64,000 nucleotides of DNA. Origin: an uncultured bacterium. GTDB lineage: Bacteria > Verrucomicrobiota > Verrucomicrobiia > Limisphaerales > UBA8199. The notes under the pieces were generated by a model. The model searched no databases, was not told the DNA's origin, and saw nothing but the letters and a program-made list of their open reading frames with translations. The translations under genes were made by a program, and so were the position numbers. The stretch spans positions 416,001 through 480,000 of the forward strand of contig CAVVMW010000001.1 of assembly GCA_963749495.1 (NCBI GenBank). Direction: 5' to 3'. This document shows positions 45,344 to 56,501 of this stretch, one piece after another. Position 1 is the first letter of the stretch. Each line of letters starts with the position of its first letter.

Positions 45344-45835
45344 TCACAACTTCAGTTTGTTCAACTCAGCCCAGGCCGAGGAGCCGCCGGGCCGGGCCGG
45401 GTCAGGGGTGCCGGCCGGGACCGGTCCGCCCTGCCAGGTTTTTGGCAAGCCGCGGCATTCCGGGTCGCACAACGGGTGTTGCGGAAACTCCAGGAGAATA
45501 TCCTCGCGAATAAAAGGCGTCAAGTCCACGGAGTCGTTGACCACCCGGACGCGGTCCTCCCCCTCCAGGGGGAGGTGGCAGGTCCAGGCCTCGAATGCCA
45601 GGGGGAGCTGGAAGGCCTTGAGGCACCGCACGCACTCGCACGCCAGGACCAGCCGGAGCCGGCCCTGGATGAGCAGCCCGCCCTCCAGCTTCTGCACCTC
45701 CAACTCGTAATCCAGCGGTCCTGCCACACGGACGACCTCGTCCAGGCTGTCAATGTCCAACTCCTTCACGGCCAACTGCCCCTCCAGCCGGACGTTCTGG
45801 AGTTCCAAATGGCGCAGATTCACTCTTAAGGACAT
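45344..45835 (-). CDS. yceD: YceD/DUF177 family protein
   Basis: CVRCL, EDILLEFP, LCDPECRGL; conserved position upstream of rpmF. Confidence 0.92.
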   Translation of the reverse strand: MSLRVNLRHLELQNVRLEGQLAVKELDIDSLDEVVRVAGPLDYELEVQKLEGGLLIQGRLRLVLACECVRCLKAFQLPLAFEAWTCHLPLEGEDRVRVVNDSVDLTPFIREDILLEFPQHPLCDPECRGLPKTWQGGPVPAGTPDPARPGGSSAWAELNKLKL

Positions 45836-45845
45836 AAGCCTCTTT

Positions 45846-46335
45846 CTACGAGGGCCTCTGGACCAGCTTGCGCCTCAGGGCGGCGCCCACGTGCGCCGGC
45901 ACAAACGAGGCCACATTCCCCCCCAGCGCGGCAATTTCTTTGACCAGCCGCGAGGCTCAGGAAGGTGTAGGTGTCCTTTGGCATCATGAAAATGGTCTCG
46001 ATGCGCTCGTTTAATTTACGATTCATCAGGGCTAACTGAAATTCAAACTCAAAATCCGAGACCGCCCGCAGGCCCCGGATGACGGCCTGGGCCGAGCGGC
46101 GTTCGACGTAACTGACCAGCAGGCCGTCAAAACAATCGGCTTGGACGCGCGGCAGCCCCCGGATGGCCCTCTGGACCATCTGGGTCCGCTCTTGGAGCGT
46201 GAACAAGGGGTGCTTGCTCTCGTTCCTGGCCACGGCCACGATGACGCGGTCAAACAACTTTGTCGCCCGCCGCACGATGTCCAGGTGCCCGTTGGTTATG
46301 GGGTCGAAACTCCCGGGATAGATCGCCGTTCGCAT
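45846..46335 (-). CDS. coaD: Phosphopantetheine adenylyltransferase; apparent +1 frameshift near 45955
   Basis: AIYPGSFDPITNGHLD, IRGLRAVSDFEFE; corrected C-terminus FLSSRLVKEIAALGG. Confidence 0.95.
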
Positions 46336-46359
46336 CGGAGAGAGTCTAACAAGACAAAC

Positions 46360-46396
46360 AAAAAAACCAGGGCAACACAAGGCTGCCCCGGTTTTT
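46360..46396 (-). terminator. Rho-independent terminator
   Basis: CCGGGGCAGC...GTTGCCCTGG stem followed by T7 on the minus strand. Confidence 0.7.
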
Positions 46397-46433
46397 GGGA
46401 AATGGCCGGCTCTATCTCAGCCTTGAGCGCGGT

Positions 46434-47297
46434 TTATGGGGTCCCGGCCGTCGGGGTTTGCTGCGTATGATCGGGGACACTCCCGGCCGGGGCTCCGACA
46501 ATTGGCTGGGCGCCGGTGATTTGGGTCTGGTTGACGAAAGTGGTGGTCTGGCCAACCAGCCCGGGAGGAAAAGCCCCGGTGATGGTCGGCGCGCCGCTGT
46601 TCCACGATTGCATCGGCGCCACGACCTGGGTGACCACCGTGCCGTTTGCATCGGTGTAGCTGATCACGCCCGAGCCGGAGTACATCGAGAAGGAGATGCC
46701 CAGCGGAACCGCGCCAGGCTGCTCGCCGGGTTTCAACTCTCTGATTTCCTCGACTGTCATGTCGAAGACCCCTGAGCCCCGGATGGCAGCGACGCCCTTA
46801 GGGTATCGGATGCGGAACTCGGAGCCGGCGCTCAGTTTTTTGACGTTGCCCATGATGTGGCCCTTGCGCAGGTCCAGCTCGGTCTCGGACACTGTGCCCG
46901 CGCCGGTCTCGTTGGCCACCAGCTTGTCAATGCCCAGGACCGTGTTGGCGTAGAGGCGAAGGACGCTCTGAGCGCTCCTGGCGGCGTACCGGGCATTGGG
47001 GTTGAATCTGCGGTAGTCGACCGCTCCCAGCGCGGGGAGGGGAGCGTTTGCGCCGCCGATCACGATATCCACATAGGAGGACGGGGCAATGCCGCTCTGG
47101 ATGACACTGCCGGCCTTGAGGATGGCGCCCTTGGTGAGTTCTTGCATCGTGCCGCCGGGCGGCGCGTAGCGGGCCGCGCCAACGATGCGCACGACCTTGA
47201 CCACTTCCTCCTTGTTTTGGGCCGAAAGCGAGGACGCCGTCGCGAACGCCACACCACACACCAGCAAGCCGTTTATAAAGCTTCGAGTCATTTTCAT
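46434..47297 (-). CDS. Secreted FecR-domain-like protein
   Basis: Signal peptide; VVRIVGAARY...ELDLRKG...VKKLSAGS...GVAAIRG. Confidence 0.7.
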   Translation of the reverse strand: MKMTRSFINGLLVCGVAFATASSLSAQNKEEVVKVVRIVGAARYAPPGGTMQELTKGAILKAGSVIQSGIAPSSYVDIVIGGANAPLPALGAVDYRRFNPNARYAARSAQSVLRLYANTVLGIDKLVANETGAGTVSETELDLRKGHIMGNVKKLSAGSEFRIRYPKGVAAIRGSGVFDMTVEEIRELKPGEQPGAVPLGISFSMYSGSGVISYTDANGTVVTQVVAPMQSWNSGAPTITGAFPPGLVGQTTTFVNQTQITGAQPIVGAPAGSVPDHTQQTPTAGTP

Positions 47298-47402
47298 ACT
47301 TGTGCTCCTGCTCAATGGGCTGCAATTAACTGGCGCTATTTTAGGAGTCGAGCGCAGGAAGTCAAATGATTTTTTGACGTTTTTTTGGCCCCCGGGGCCT
47401 TG

Positions 47403-47560
47403 GCTCTCGGCTCTCGGCTATCGGCCCCCGTGCGCGCGCGCGGGAGAGGGGCCCTCGGCTCTCGGCTCTCGGCTATCGGTCCCCTGTGCGCGCGTGCGCG
47501 GGAGAGGGCAGCCAATAGCCGAAAGCCAATAGCCAATAGCCGAAAGCCAATAGCCCATAG
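47403..47560. repeat. 7-nt tandem repeats in inverted arrangement
   Basis: (GGCTCTC/GGCTATC)n blocks, then (AGCCAAT/AGCCGAA)n. Confidence 0.85.
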
Positions 47561-47615
47561 CCCACACCTGACTGTCGCAAGGAGCATTTTGTCCGTGCCT
47601 CCGTCTAACCGGGAT

Positions 47616-50022
47616 ATGAAACAGTGGAATTGGCTCTCGGTCTGGATATGGCTCACGGTTTGGGGTTCAGCGGCGCCGGCCTTTGGGGCCGGGATGATTC
47701 TGGTGGACGACGGCCGGGTGTGGCCGGGGCCGACCCCGCCGCGCCCGGCGCCGCCGCCCTGGCCGCCCCGCCCCATCCTGCCGCCGCGGGCGCACCCTTT
47801 TGCGCCGCTGGAGGTCAGTTACGTCAAGGTCCAAACCCGCATCCACGACCAGGTGGCGGTCACGTCGGTGGACCAGGAGTTCTGCAATCCCAACCCAGTG
47901 CGGCTCGAAGGGACCTTCGTCTTCCCGGTCCCCAAGGGGGCGCACCTGGACAAGTTCGCCATGGAGATCGACGGGCGGCAGGTCCAGGCGGAGTTGATCC
48001 CGGCCGAGAAGGCGCGGCGCATTTATGAGGACATCGTCCGGAAGCTGCGCGACCCGGCCCTGCTCGAATACGCGGGGCGAGACGTGTTCCAGGTGCGCAT
48101 CTTCCCCATCGAACCCAATGGCACCAAGCGCGTCACCTTCCGTTATGCCGAACTGCTCAAGGCGGAGAGCGGCCTGGTCAGCTACCTGCTGCCTCTGGCC
48201 ACGGAGAAATTCTCGGCCGCCCCCATCAAGAACGTCAGCGTCAAAGTGGACCTGGAGACCGGGCGTCCGCTCAAGTCCATCTATTGCCCGACCCACGCGG
48301 TCGAGATCAAGCGGCATGACTCGGCACGCGCCACGGTCGGCTACGAGGCGGCCCAAGTGCGGCCGGACGCGGATTTTGCCCTCTACTTCGCGCCGGAGAA
48401 GGACCTGCTGGGGGTGAACCTGCTGGCCTCCAGAACGCAGGGTCAGGACGGCTATTTCCTGCTGCTGGCCTCGCCCGGGCTCGACGTGCAGGAAAAACAG
48501 GTGGTGCTCAAGGACGTGGCCTTTGTCCTGGATACCTCCGGCTCCATGGCCGGCAAGAAACTCCAGCAGGCCAAAAAGGCCCTCGAATTCTGCGTGGAAA
48601 ACCTCAACCCCGGCAACCGCTTCGAGTTGATTCGCTTCTCCACCGAGGTCGAGCCGCTCTTCGGCAAACTGGTCGAGGCCTCCAGGCAAAATGTGGCGCG
48701 GTCCGAGGATTTCATCAAGGGGCTCCAGGCGCAGGGCGGCACGGACATTGACGACGCGCTCAGGAAGGCGCTCGAGTTGAGGAACCAGAGAAAACCCGAG
48801 GCCGAGCCGGGCGATGCCGGCCAATCGGCGCAGCCCAGGGGCGGCGCCGAGCGGCCCTTTGTCGTCATTTTCCTGACCGACGGCCAGCCGACCGTCGGCA
48901 CGACCGAGGAAGGGGAGATCCTGGCGGACGTCCAGCGTGCCAACGCCGGGCGCACGCGCATCTTCTGCTTCGGCATCGGCACGGATGTGAACACCCATCT
49001 GCTGGACCGGATCACCGAGGAGACGCGCGCCTCCAGCCAATACGTCCTGCCCGAGGAAGACCTTGAGGTGAAGCTCTCCAATTTCTACTCGAAGATCAAA
49101 GAGCCTGTCCTGGCCAATCCCAGTCTCAAGTTCACTGCGCAGGTGCATGTCAGGCAGTTGTACCCCTCGCCGTTGCCGGACCTCTTCAAAGGCGAACAAC
49201 TGGTCCTGGTGGGCCGCTACTCCGGCCAGGGCCCTTCGGCGCTCATCCTCGATGGCACGGTCAACGGGGCCTCGCATCATTTCACCTACGAGGTCAAATT
49301 CCCCGAGGAATCCTCCGAAAACGAGTTCATCCCCCGGCTCTGGGCGACGCGGCGCGTGGGCTATCTGCTGGACCAAATCCGGTTGCACGGCGAGAACGCC
49401 GAACTGCGGGATGAAGCCACCGACCTGGCGCGGCAGTACGGCATCGTGACCCCTTACACGGCCTACCTCATCATGGAGGATGAGACCCGGCGCGAGGTGC
49501 CGGCCCAGGTGCGCTCCTTCTACAGCTTCGAGACAGACCGCGGCGCGCGGCAGGAGGCGGCCCAGTCCTGGCAGGACTTCACCCGGCAAAAGGCCGGCGA
49601 ATCCGCCGTGGCCGCCGCGCGTTACGGCTCCGCCCTGAGGATGGCGGACGCGCCGGCCGTGGCGAGTTCGATGGCCGGGCAGGCCTTCGCGCGACGCTAC
49701 GGCATGGCCATGGGCGGCGTTGGCGGCGCGGGCCCCTCCGCGCCTGCCCCTGCCTCGGATTCCGACAAGGACCGCCTGGTCCAATACTCCCAGCAAACCC
49801 GGTTCGTCGCCGGCAAGAGCTTCTTCTGGAACGGCAAACAATGGATCAATGCCGCCGTCCAGAAGGCCCCGGATGCCAAACACCTCCGCCTCCAGTTCGG
49901 CTCGCCCGAGTACCTTCGATTTCTCCTCGAAGAACCCCAGGTCCCTCCCCTGGCTGGCCCTGGGCCAGAGCCTGACGTTTGTCCTGGATGGGACGGTCTA
50001 TGAAGTCCTGGCAGAAAAATGA
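47616..50022 (+). CDS. VIT and VWA domain protein; +1 frameshift near 49943
   Basis: VIT (EGTFVFPVP, DPALLEY); MIDAS DTSGSM and FLTDG; RLWATRRVG; IVTPYTAYL. Confidence 0.9.
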
Positions 50023-50221
50023 GCTGGCAGAAAGATAGGAAAGAAACTCATTTCTGGGTCTCATTTTTCTGCCTTGTCTTTCGGGGTCCTCGGGCGGTCG
50101 GTTTCGGTCGGGTTGAGGCAGAAAGATGGGGGCAGAAAGATAAGAAAGACATTTTTCTGCCAATTCGGACGCGGCTTGCCGGGGAGGTGGCGCGGTGGTA
50201 TGTTGCCGCTTCAAATTACCT

Positions 50222-50510
50222 ATGAAAACCGCAAGCGCATTGCGTGCAACTATTCTGGTGTTCGGTCTCTCGGCGTTCGGGGCGGCGGGGGCCTCCCCAC
50301 CGCTCTCAGGACAAGAGGCCCTCGATGTGATGAAGGGCTTGGCCGGGGAGTGGCACGGCACCGCCCATGAACAAGGCAAGGCGCCGGAGGTCACGGTCAC
50401 CTACCACGTCACCTCGGCCGGCAGCGCCGTGCTCGAAGACCCTCTTCCCCGGGACCGACCACGAAATGGTCACCATGTACCATCTGGATGGGGACAAACT
50501 GGTCCTCACA
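50222..50510 (+). pseudogene. Truncated secreted protein gene
   Basis: Signal peptide; MKGLAGEW...TSAGSAVLE(fs)TLFPGTDHEMVTMYHLDGDKLVLT, ending in a CATTCGT tandem repeat. Confidence 0.65.
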
Positions 50511-50535
50511 TTCGTCATTCGTCATTCGTCATTCG

Positions 50536-51747
50536 TCATTCGTCATTCGCCTTCGCCGTCGCCGTCGCCGGCACGAGCGCCAGCGCGGCAAAGGCCGTCG
50601 CCATGTCGGACATGATCATGCGGTTCCAGGGGCCGCCGCGGTTGCCGCCGTGCTCGCGGTCCTGGTTGAGCGAATGGGCGCGCCAGCATTTCCAGCGTTG
50701 TTGCTCGATTTGGACCTCCTCCTGGTTTGAGGCCAGCCAGTCTCTGGCCTTGCGGAGGGCGGGCCCGGAAGCGGGCAACCCGGCCTGGCGGAGCGCAAAC
50801 GCGACCAGGCCCGTGGCATAGCCGTCTGATTTGGCCAGCAGCGACAGGTTGGGGCTGCCGCCCGGTGCGAACGGCGGGTCGGTCCTGGACCACCGCCAGG
50901 GCCCCAGCTTGTAAAGCGACCAGCCGCCGTCGCTGTTCTGGCTGCCCTGAAGTTCCGCCATAAGGCGCCCGCGCTGCTCAGGATTGAGCAAGCCCTCCAG
51001 CCGGGTGGAAGCCAGCAACATCCAGGCACGGTTATAGAGGTTCTGGCCGGCATAGTTGCCGTTCAGATAGAGGCGCAATTTGCCGAGGTGGCTCGAGGCG
51101 GAGCCGGCACTTTCGGCTTGCAGGCCCTGGGCCAGGCCGGGCGCCGTCCCCAAGGCGATCGCCGCCATCGCGGCCCCGTAGTAGCGGGAGTCGCGCGATT
51201 CGTCGGGCTCGGAGCCCAGGTCCAGCCAGTCCCAGGCGCCGTCGGGACACTGCGTCTCCCACAAGTGCCGGAGCGCCTTTTGGACGGGTTGGCTCGGTTC
51301 CTTGCGGCCCTGGGAGGCGTCGGCCCAGGCGAGGACCAGGGCGTCGAGGACCAACTCGGTCCCGCGGGACTGCTTCTCCTGGCGGGCATAGAGCGGTTCG
51401 TTGTTGTCCCAGGTGTCCACTCGTTGGGCGATCTCGGCCAGGAGTCTTGTCTCCTGGGGAGCCAGGTCGTTCACCTTCGTGGCCTTGCGCAGCGCCGGCC
51501 GGGCCAGCAAGTACGGGACCACAGAGTGACAGGAAATGCACGAGGTCCGGCCCTCGCCGGTCCGGAGTTTTGCCGCTTTGGCGAACCACAGGTCCATCCG
51601 GCCATCCATGTACCGGGCGGCCTGTTTCGGGTCCCACGCCGGCTGGCCCGGCGAGGTCTGCGAGGGTTTGAGTTCCTGCCCGATGGCCCCCAGTGCCATC
51701 AGCGCCGCCAGCGCGCTGGCCCGGCCCATGATAGCGGTAAGCTTCAC
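50536..51747 (-). CDS. Secreted prenyltransferase/squalene-hopene-cyclase-fold protein
   Basis: QW motifs QCPDGAW and QNSDGGW; SCISCH; SDGYATG; MSDMATAFA. Confidence 0.8.
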   Translation of the reverse strand: MKLTAIMGRASALAALMALGAIGQELKPSQTSPGQPAWDPKQAARYMDGRMDLWFAKAAKLRTGEGRTSCISCHSVVPYLLARPALRKATKVNDLAPQETRLLAEIAQRVDTWDNNEPLYARQEKQSRGTELVLDALVLAWADASQGRKEPSQPVQKALRHLWETQCPDGAWDWLDLGSEPDESRDSRYYGAAMAAIALGTAPGLAQGLQAESAGSASSHLGKLRLYLNGNYAGQNLYNRAWMLLASTRLEGLLNPEQRGRLMAELQGSQNSDGGWSLYKLGPWRWSRTDPPFAPGGSPNLSLLAKSDGYATGLVAFALRQAGLPASGPALRKARDWLASNQEEVQIEQQRWKCWRAHSLNQDREHGGNRGGPWNRMIMSDMATAFAALALVPATATAKANDE

Positions 51748-51825
51748 AGTGAGCAGTCAGAGGCCTTTGGCCCGCGCTGTCAAGAAGACAGTGCCGAGCC
51801 AAATCCTCGGCTAAGGGCGCGGAGC

Positions 51826-51905
51826 GTTTTGGACTGCGGCAGTCCTCTGCCGCTTTTTGGCCCCAGTGGACATGAAAGCGCCAGAGGACTGGCGCAGTCC
51901 AAAAC
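51826..51905. repeat. Dispersed REP-like doublet, family A, copy 2
   Basis: GTTTTGGACTGCGGCAGTCCTCTGCCGCTTT...AAAGCGCCAGAGGACTGGCGCAGTCCAAAAC. Confidence 0.9.
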
Positions 51906-52003
51906 CTTGCGGGCTGGGGGTGGGTTGGTGGAGACGGGGAAGTGGCGGCCGATCACAGCGGTTGCCAAGAACTGATTTGCGCCTCCCTCCCGCCCCGGGC
52001 CGT

Positions 52004-52759
52004 TCACGGCTTCACGCCGATGCGCCCGCTATAATCCAAACGGTTGAGCAGCAACCGGGCTCCGTGCTCGGAGAGGTACTCGTCCACTGCCAGGCGCTGC
52101 CCTTCCCAATGGCCGTAATCATCGAGCAAGAGCACCCCGCCTGAAACCAGCCTTGGAAACAGGTGAACCATTTCGTGCCGGGACGACTCATAGAAATCGG
52201 TGTCCAGGCGCAACAGGGCGATAGCCTCCGGGGCGTGCGCCGGGAGGGTCTCCTCCACGCGTCCCTTCACAAAGTGAATCTTCTCCGGCGGATAGGCCAC
52301 GCTTACCAAGTTGCGCCGCGTCTCCTCCAGGGACGAGAAGCACCATTTGCAGGTGCCGTCCGCGTTCCGGTTCCGGGCGAAATAGGCCTGCGGCGGCTCG
52401 GCATCGAAACAGGAGCCGTCTTTGGCGGAGGGGGCACTCATGCCCCCGTAAGTATCGAACAGGTAGAGGTCGCGCTGGCGGCTATCGAGCGCCAGCAAGG
52501 TCTTGGCGACGGCCATCATGCTGCCCCCTTTCCAAACGCCGCATTCCACCATGGCCCCCGGAATCCCGTGGGCGGCCAGGTAGCGGACCGCGGTCACCAA
52601 CCCGTAGATCCGTTCCGGAGAGGTCATCGTGAACGGCAAGACCTCACGCACGATCCGCAGATCCTCTGCGCTGGCTTCAGGCAGCCGGGCCAGCGACGGC
52701 GCGTAGCGCCGCCACAGGCGGCCGGCGGCCATGACAAGCTCTTTCCTGATTCGGCCCAT
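52004..52759 (-). CDS. TylF/MycF/NovP-family O-methyltransferase
   Basis: TMTSPER, VECGVWKGGS, YLFDTY, LLRLDTDFYES, DDYGHW. Confidence 0.93.
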   Translation of the reverse strand: MGRIRKELVMAAGRLWRRYAPSLARLPEASAEDLRIVREVLPFTMTSPERIYGLVTAVRYLAAHGIPGAMVECGVWKGGSMMAVAKTLLALDSRQRDLYLFDTYGGMSAPSAKDGSCFDAEPPQAYFARNRNADGTCKWCFSSLEETRRNLVSVAYPPEKIHFVKGRVEETLPAHAPEAIALLRLDTDFYESSRHEMVHLFPRLVSGGVLLLDDYGHWEGQRLAVDEYLSEHGARLLLNRLDYSGRIGVKP

Positions 52760-53020
52760 AATGGGTTCCGCTGTGGAAACCGGCCCGAGCATACCAGATC
52801 GGCCCGCCCTCGAAAGCATAAAACCCCGAGGGCAGCCGCGCCTAATCCGGCAGAAAAATGAGATGGCAGAAAAATGGAAAAGAGCCGTTTTTCTGCCATC
52901 TCATTTTTCTGCCAGACCATCAAGGCATTCATGCCCGCGCCAGAGCTTACCCCGGCACGCCGCTCTGGCCAATGGCAAGGAATTGACGCTCCCGGCGTCC
53001 GGCTGTTACGCTGTGCCGCC

Positions 53021-53792
53021 ATGAGCGAATATGAAGAGAAACTCCGCCGGGAGCAGGAATGGCATGAGCATCGAGGGTTCAGACCGGCTCACATTCTGAA
53101 TTGCTGGCCGTTCAACTCTCCGAAGCGCGCGGCGATGAGTTCGCGCTTTGTCCGGATGCAGTTCGCCGGGCAGATTCGAGAGGTGACGGAGCGGAGCGGC
53201 CTCAAAAGAGCCCAGGGCACTTATCGCGCCCCTGGGTGTCGGCACCGACCTGCCTTACCTGCGGCCCTTCTTGAAGCACCTCGCCGGAATCGACATCGCT
53301 CCAAAGGCGCTGGAGGCCGTCACCGACCGCTCGATCGAAAAACACCTCGGCGATATGCGGCACATGGACATGTTCGAAGAGGGCCGGTTCGATTTAGTGG
53401 TCATCTCGGCCTTTTTCCACCACTTCCTCAAATTCGGTTTCACGGAATTCCTGCTGGAATCGCGGCGGGTGCTGCGGCCGGGCGGGCACCTGTTCGCCCT
53501 GGAGCCGAGCATCCTGCACCCCTTCGCCCTGGCCGCCTGGTGCGGCAAGAAGGTCTTCGGGAACATCACCGGCTGCGTCGAGGACGAGTCACGCTTCCAT
53601 CCCGGCCGGTTGACGGCGGCCATGAGGCAGTGTGGATTCCGGGACGTGACATTCTGGGCGGCGACCTATTCCCACCACCGGGCGCCGCTCCCATTGGGGC
53701 GCCTCCTGCAGGCGCTGACGCCTCCGTTGCGCCACGCTCCGCTGCTCAAGTATCTGGCCGGCGACGTCGTGTTTTACGGCCGCAAACCGTGA
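53021..53792 (+). CDS. Class I SAM-dependent methyltransferase; +1 frameshift near 53208
   Basis: GVGTD...GIDIA...GDMRHM...FDLVV...FFHH...RRVLRPGG. Confidence 0.8.
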
Positions 53793-53807
53793 GCTTGAAG
53801 CTGCTCA

Positions 53808-55208
53808 ATGAATTTTGCCGAGCTGCGATTTTGGGAATACCTGGCGGTCGGCTTGGGTCTGATCGCCGGCATCCATTTCCTGGTCGCGCGGTTTTTTCCG
53901 GCTCAAGCGGTGTTCTTCGACAAGCTGGGCCTGGTCGGGCTGGGGTTGTCGCTCCTGCTGTGCGTCAGTTGGGTGACCTTCGCCATCTTCCTGGTGGTGG
54001 CCGTGGGGACCTATGTCGGCCTGGCGGGGATTTTGAAGCACCACCGGCGGCAGGCCCGGAGGTACTTGCTGGTGTTGATTCCGCTGCAACTGCTGCCGCT
54101 GTTCTGCACCAAGTACGCCGACTTCGTCGGCAACACAGTCCTGGGCCTGCACGCCGGGTTCCTGGCCGGCGTGGCGATACCGGTGGGGATTTCGTTCTAC
54201 AGCTTTCAGAAGGTGGCATTCGTCCTGGACACCCTGGCGTTCAACTCGCCGCTGCCCCGGTTCCTGGACTACATGAATTTCGCGGGGTTCTTTCCGCAGA
54301 TAGTCGCAGGCCCGATCAAGCGCCGGCGCGACCTGCTGCCGCAGATGGAATCGTTTCGCTGGCGCTGGCGGCCGGGGCAGATCAACGAAGGCGCCGGGTG
54401 GATTGCCCTGGGGCTCTTCTTCAAGTGCGTCCTGGCCGACAACCTGGCGTTCTATTTCGACCGCGGTCCGGCTGCCAATCCGTTGCTGGTCTGGCTGGCC
54501 AACCTCCTTTTTGGGCTGCGCATTTATTACGACTTTGCCGGTTACAGCCTGGTGGCGGTCGGCCTGGGGCGTTGCCTGGGGATCAAGCTGACCCTCAACT
54601 TCCTGAGCCCGTATTGCTCGAACAGCATCGTTGAATTCTGGAGGCGCTGGCACATTACCTTGAGCCAATGGTTCCGTGATTATCTCTATGTGCCGCTGGG
54701 CGGGGGCCGCGTGCGGTTCTGGGCGCTGAACGTCGCCGTGGTGTTCATCGTGTCCGGGATTTGGCACGGCGCGGGGTGGAACTTTGTCCTGTGGGGCGCC
54801 CTGCACGGCGGGTTCCTGATTGTCAATCGTCTTTGCCGGGGCCTAAGCGTCCCGCGCGCGCTGGGCTGGGGTTTGACGATGCTCTGCAGCTTTTTCGCCT
54901 GGCTTTGCTTTTATGAGACCAATACCAGGACGCTTTTGGCGAAACTGAAACTGCTGTTGACACCCTCCGCCTACGGCCCTGCCGCCTGGCGCGAGGCCTC
55001 GGCATACCTCGGATACGGCCACCGGGTGGTCCTGGGCGGCCTTCTCATCGCGGTCGCGGCAACGCTGGTGTTGGAATGGCTCTCCGTGAGCCGGCGCAAT
55101 GACCCCTACTATTACTTGCGACGCCCGGCCGTCCTGGCCGCCCTGGTCGCCTTAATGGTGTTCCTTGCCTCTGAAAAGACCAATGGCTTCATCTACTTCG
55201 CATTTTAA
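53808..55208 (+). CDS. MBOAT family O-acyltransferase (AlgI/DltB-like)
   Basis: PVGISFYSFQ, FFPQIVAGPI, DFAGYS, EFWRRWHITLS, SGIWHGAGWNF, FIYFAF. Confidence 0.95.
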   Translation: MNFAELRFWEYLAVGLGLIAGIHFLVARFFPAQAVFFDKLGLVGLGLSLLLCVSWVTFAIFLVVAVGTYVGLAGILKHHRRQARRYLLVLIPLQLLPLFCTKYADFVGNTVLGLHAGFLAGVAIPVGISFYSFQKVAFVLDTLAFNSPLPRFLDYMNFAGFFPQIVAGPIKRRRDLLPQMESFRWRWRPGQINEGAGWIALGLFFKCVLADNLAFYFDRGPAANPLLVWLANLLFGLRIYYDFAGYSLVAVGLGRCLGIKLTLNFLSPYCSNSIVEFWRRWHITLSQWFRDYLYVPLGGGRVRFWALNVAVVFIVSGIWHGAGWNFVLWGALHGGFLIVNRLCRGLSVPRALGWGLTMLCSFFAWLCFYETNTRTLLAKLKLLLTPSAYGPAAWREASAYLGYGHRVVLGGLLIAVAATLVLEWLSVSRRNDPYYYLRRPAVLAALVALMVFLASEKTNGFIYFAF

Positions 55209-56205
55209 CCACACAAGGTTGTCGAGGGCCAACGCCGCGATTCCCTGGCTCGCCCTGAGACTCCTGGCCGTGGCGGCCGGCGCCTGGGTCCTCGCGGCCC
55301 TCTACACACTGCGGCTCAACCCCGAGGTGGCTTACGACCGCCACGCCCACGCCGTGAAGTGCGCCTGGGCCGCCAAACTCGAGACCGAGCGCCGCTCCAA
55401 AATCATCGTCTGTGGCGGCTCCAGTTGCCGGACCTCCATCAACGGCCAGCGCCTCCTGGACCGGCACAACCTCCCGGTGCTCAACCTCGGCATGGGTGCC
55501 AGCATCGGGGCCGAAGTGTTGACCCGCTACGCCCTGGGCTTCGCGCGGCCTGGGGACACCCTGGTCCTGGCCTTGGAACCGGGGCTGCTCATCAAGCCGA
55601 TTGAAATCGAGGCCGCCGGCGCCCAATTCGCCCTGGCCATCGGCCAGCCCGCGCTCCTGCGCGAACCGGAGCATGTCAACTGGCCCCGGGCGCTGCTCGA
55701 CCTGCGTCCCGGGGCCTACCATTGCTTCACGTTGCTGGGAAAGCTCGCCCTCCGGCAGGCCCTCTTCCGCTATCCTTGCTCGGACCTGCACCCCGACGGC
55801 TGGCAGGAGGTTGCCGCGCGCCTGCCCCTCCCGGAACTGGTTCCGGCCACGCTGCGTCTCTGCCCCGAGGCCGGCCCCTGGCTGGTCCGCCTCCGCGACA
55901 CCTGCGCACAGCGCGGCGTCCGGCTCGCCTATGCCTTGCCCTGGTATTACAGCCGCCCGGAGGACGCCCGGGCCTTCCGGCGCCAAAACGCGGGTTTCCT
56001 TCTCCAAGTCTCCCGCTATCTGCCGGTGTTGAAGGACCCGATGCTGGGCGCCTACACGGTCCGCGAGCATTACGCGGACACCGCCCTGCACCTGACGGCC
56101 GAGGGGGCAGCGGTCCGCAGCGATCGCTTCGCCGAGCAGATCAAGACGTGGGAAATGTGGCGCCCGGAGGAACTCCGCGCCGAGGCGGATGGCGGGGGGT
56201 CCTGA
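55183..56205 (+). CDS. Membrane-anchored SGNH-like partner of the MBOAT (AlgJ/DltD-like)
   Basis: TM; CGGSS; NLG; DTALHL; overlaps the MBOAT stop. Confidence 0.7.
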   Translation: MASSTSHFNHTRLSRANAAIPWLALRLLAVAAGAWVLAALYTLRLNPEVAYDRHAHAVKCAWAAKLETERRSKIIVCGGSSCRTSINGQRLLDRHNLPVLNLGMGASIGAEVLTRYALGFARPGDTLVLALEPGLLIKPIEIEAAGAQFALAIGQPALLREPEHVNWPRALLDLRPGAYHCFTLLGKLALRQALFRYPCSDLHPDGWQEVAARLPLPELVPATLRLCPEAGPWLVRLRDTCAQRGVRLAYALPWYYSRPEDARAFRRQNAGFLLQVSRYLPVLKDPMLGAYTVREHYADTALHLTAEGAAVRSDRFAEQIKTWEMWRPEELRAEADGGGS

Positions 56206-56501
56206 ATCAAGGCTAAAGGCTAAAGGCTAAAGGCTAAAGTGCAGAGGCCAAAGGTGCATGAGGCAGCCAACAGGTGCTGACGACCCAGAGGACCGCGTTC
56301 CCGCGCTTCAGCCTTTAGCCTTTAGCCTTCAGCCTTCCAGCCAGAACCCAAATGCGGCGCAACAAATGTATAGCTATTTCGGGGACACCACACTAGCCTG
56401 TGCTCTCGTGTCGAGAAGCGCAGTAATCGAATTGGCGGCGGGCTGGGCCTGCGGGGAGCCTGATTGGGCCGGCAGCGGTTCGAGGGGGTCTGGATCGAGG
56501 C

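Noticed and set aside
45846..46335. coaD pseudogene or programmed frameshift
   Set aside because: Normally essential gene with intact motifs on both sides of one extra base and no slippery sequence.
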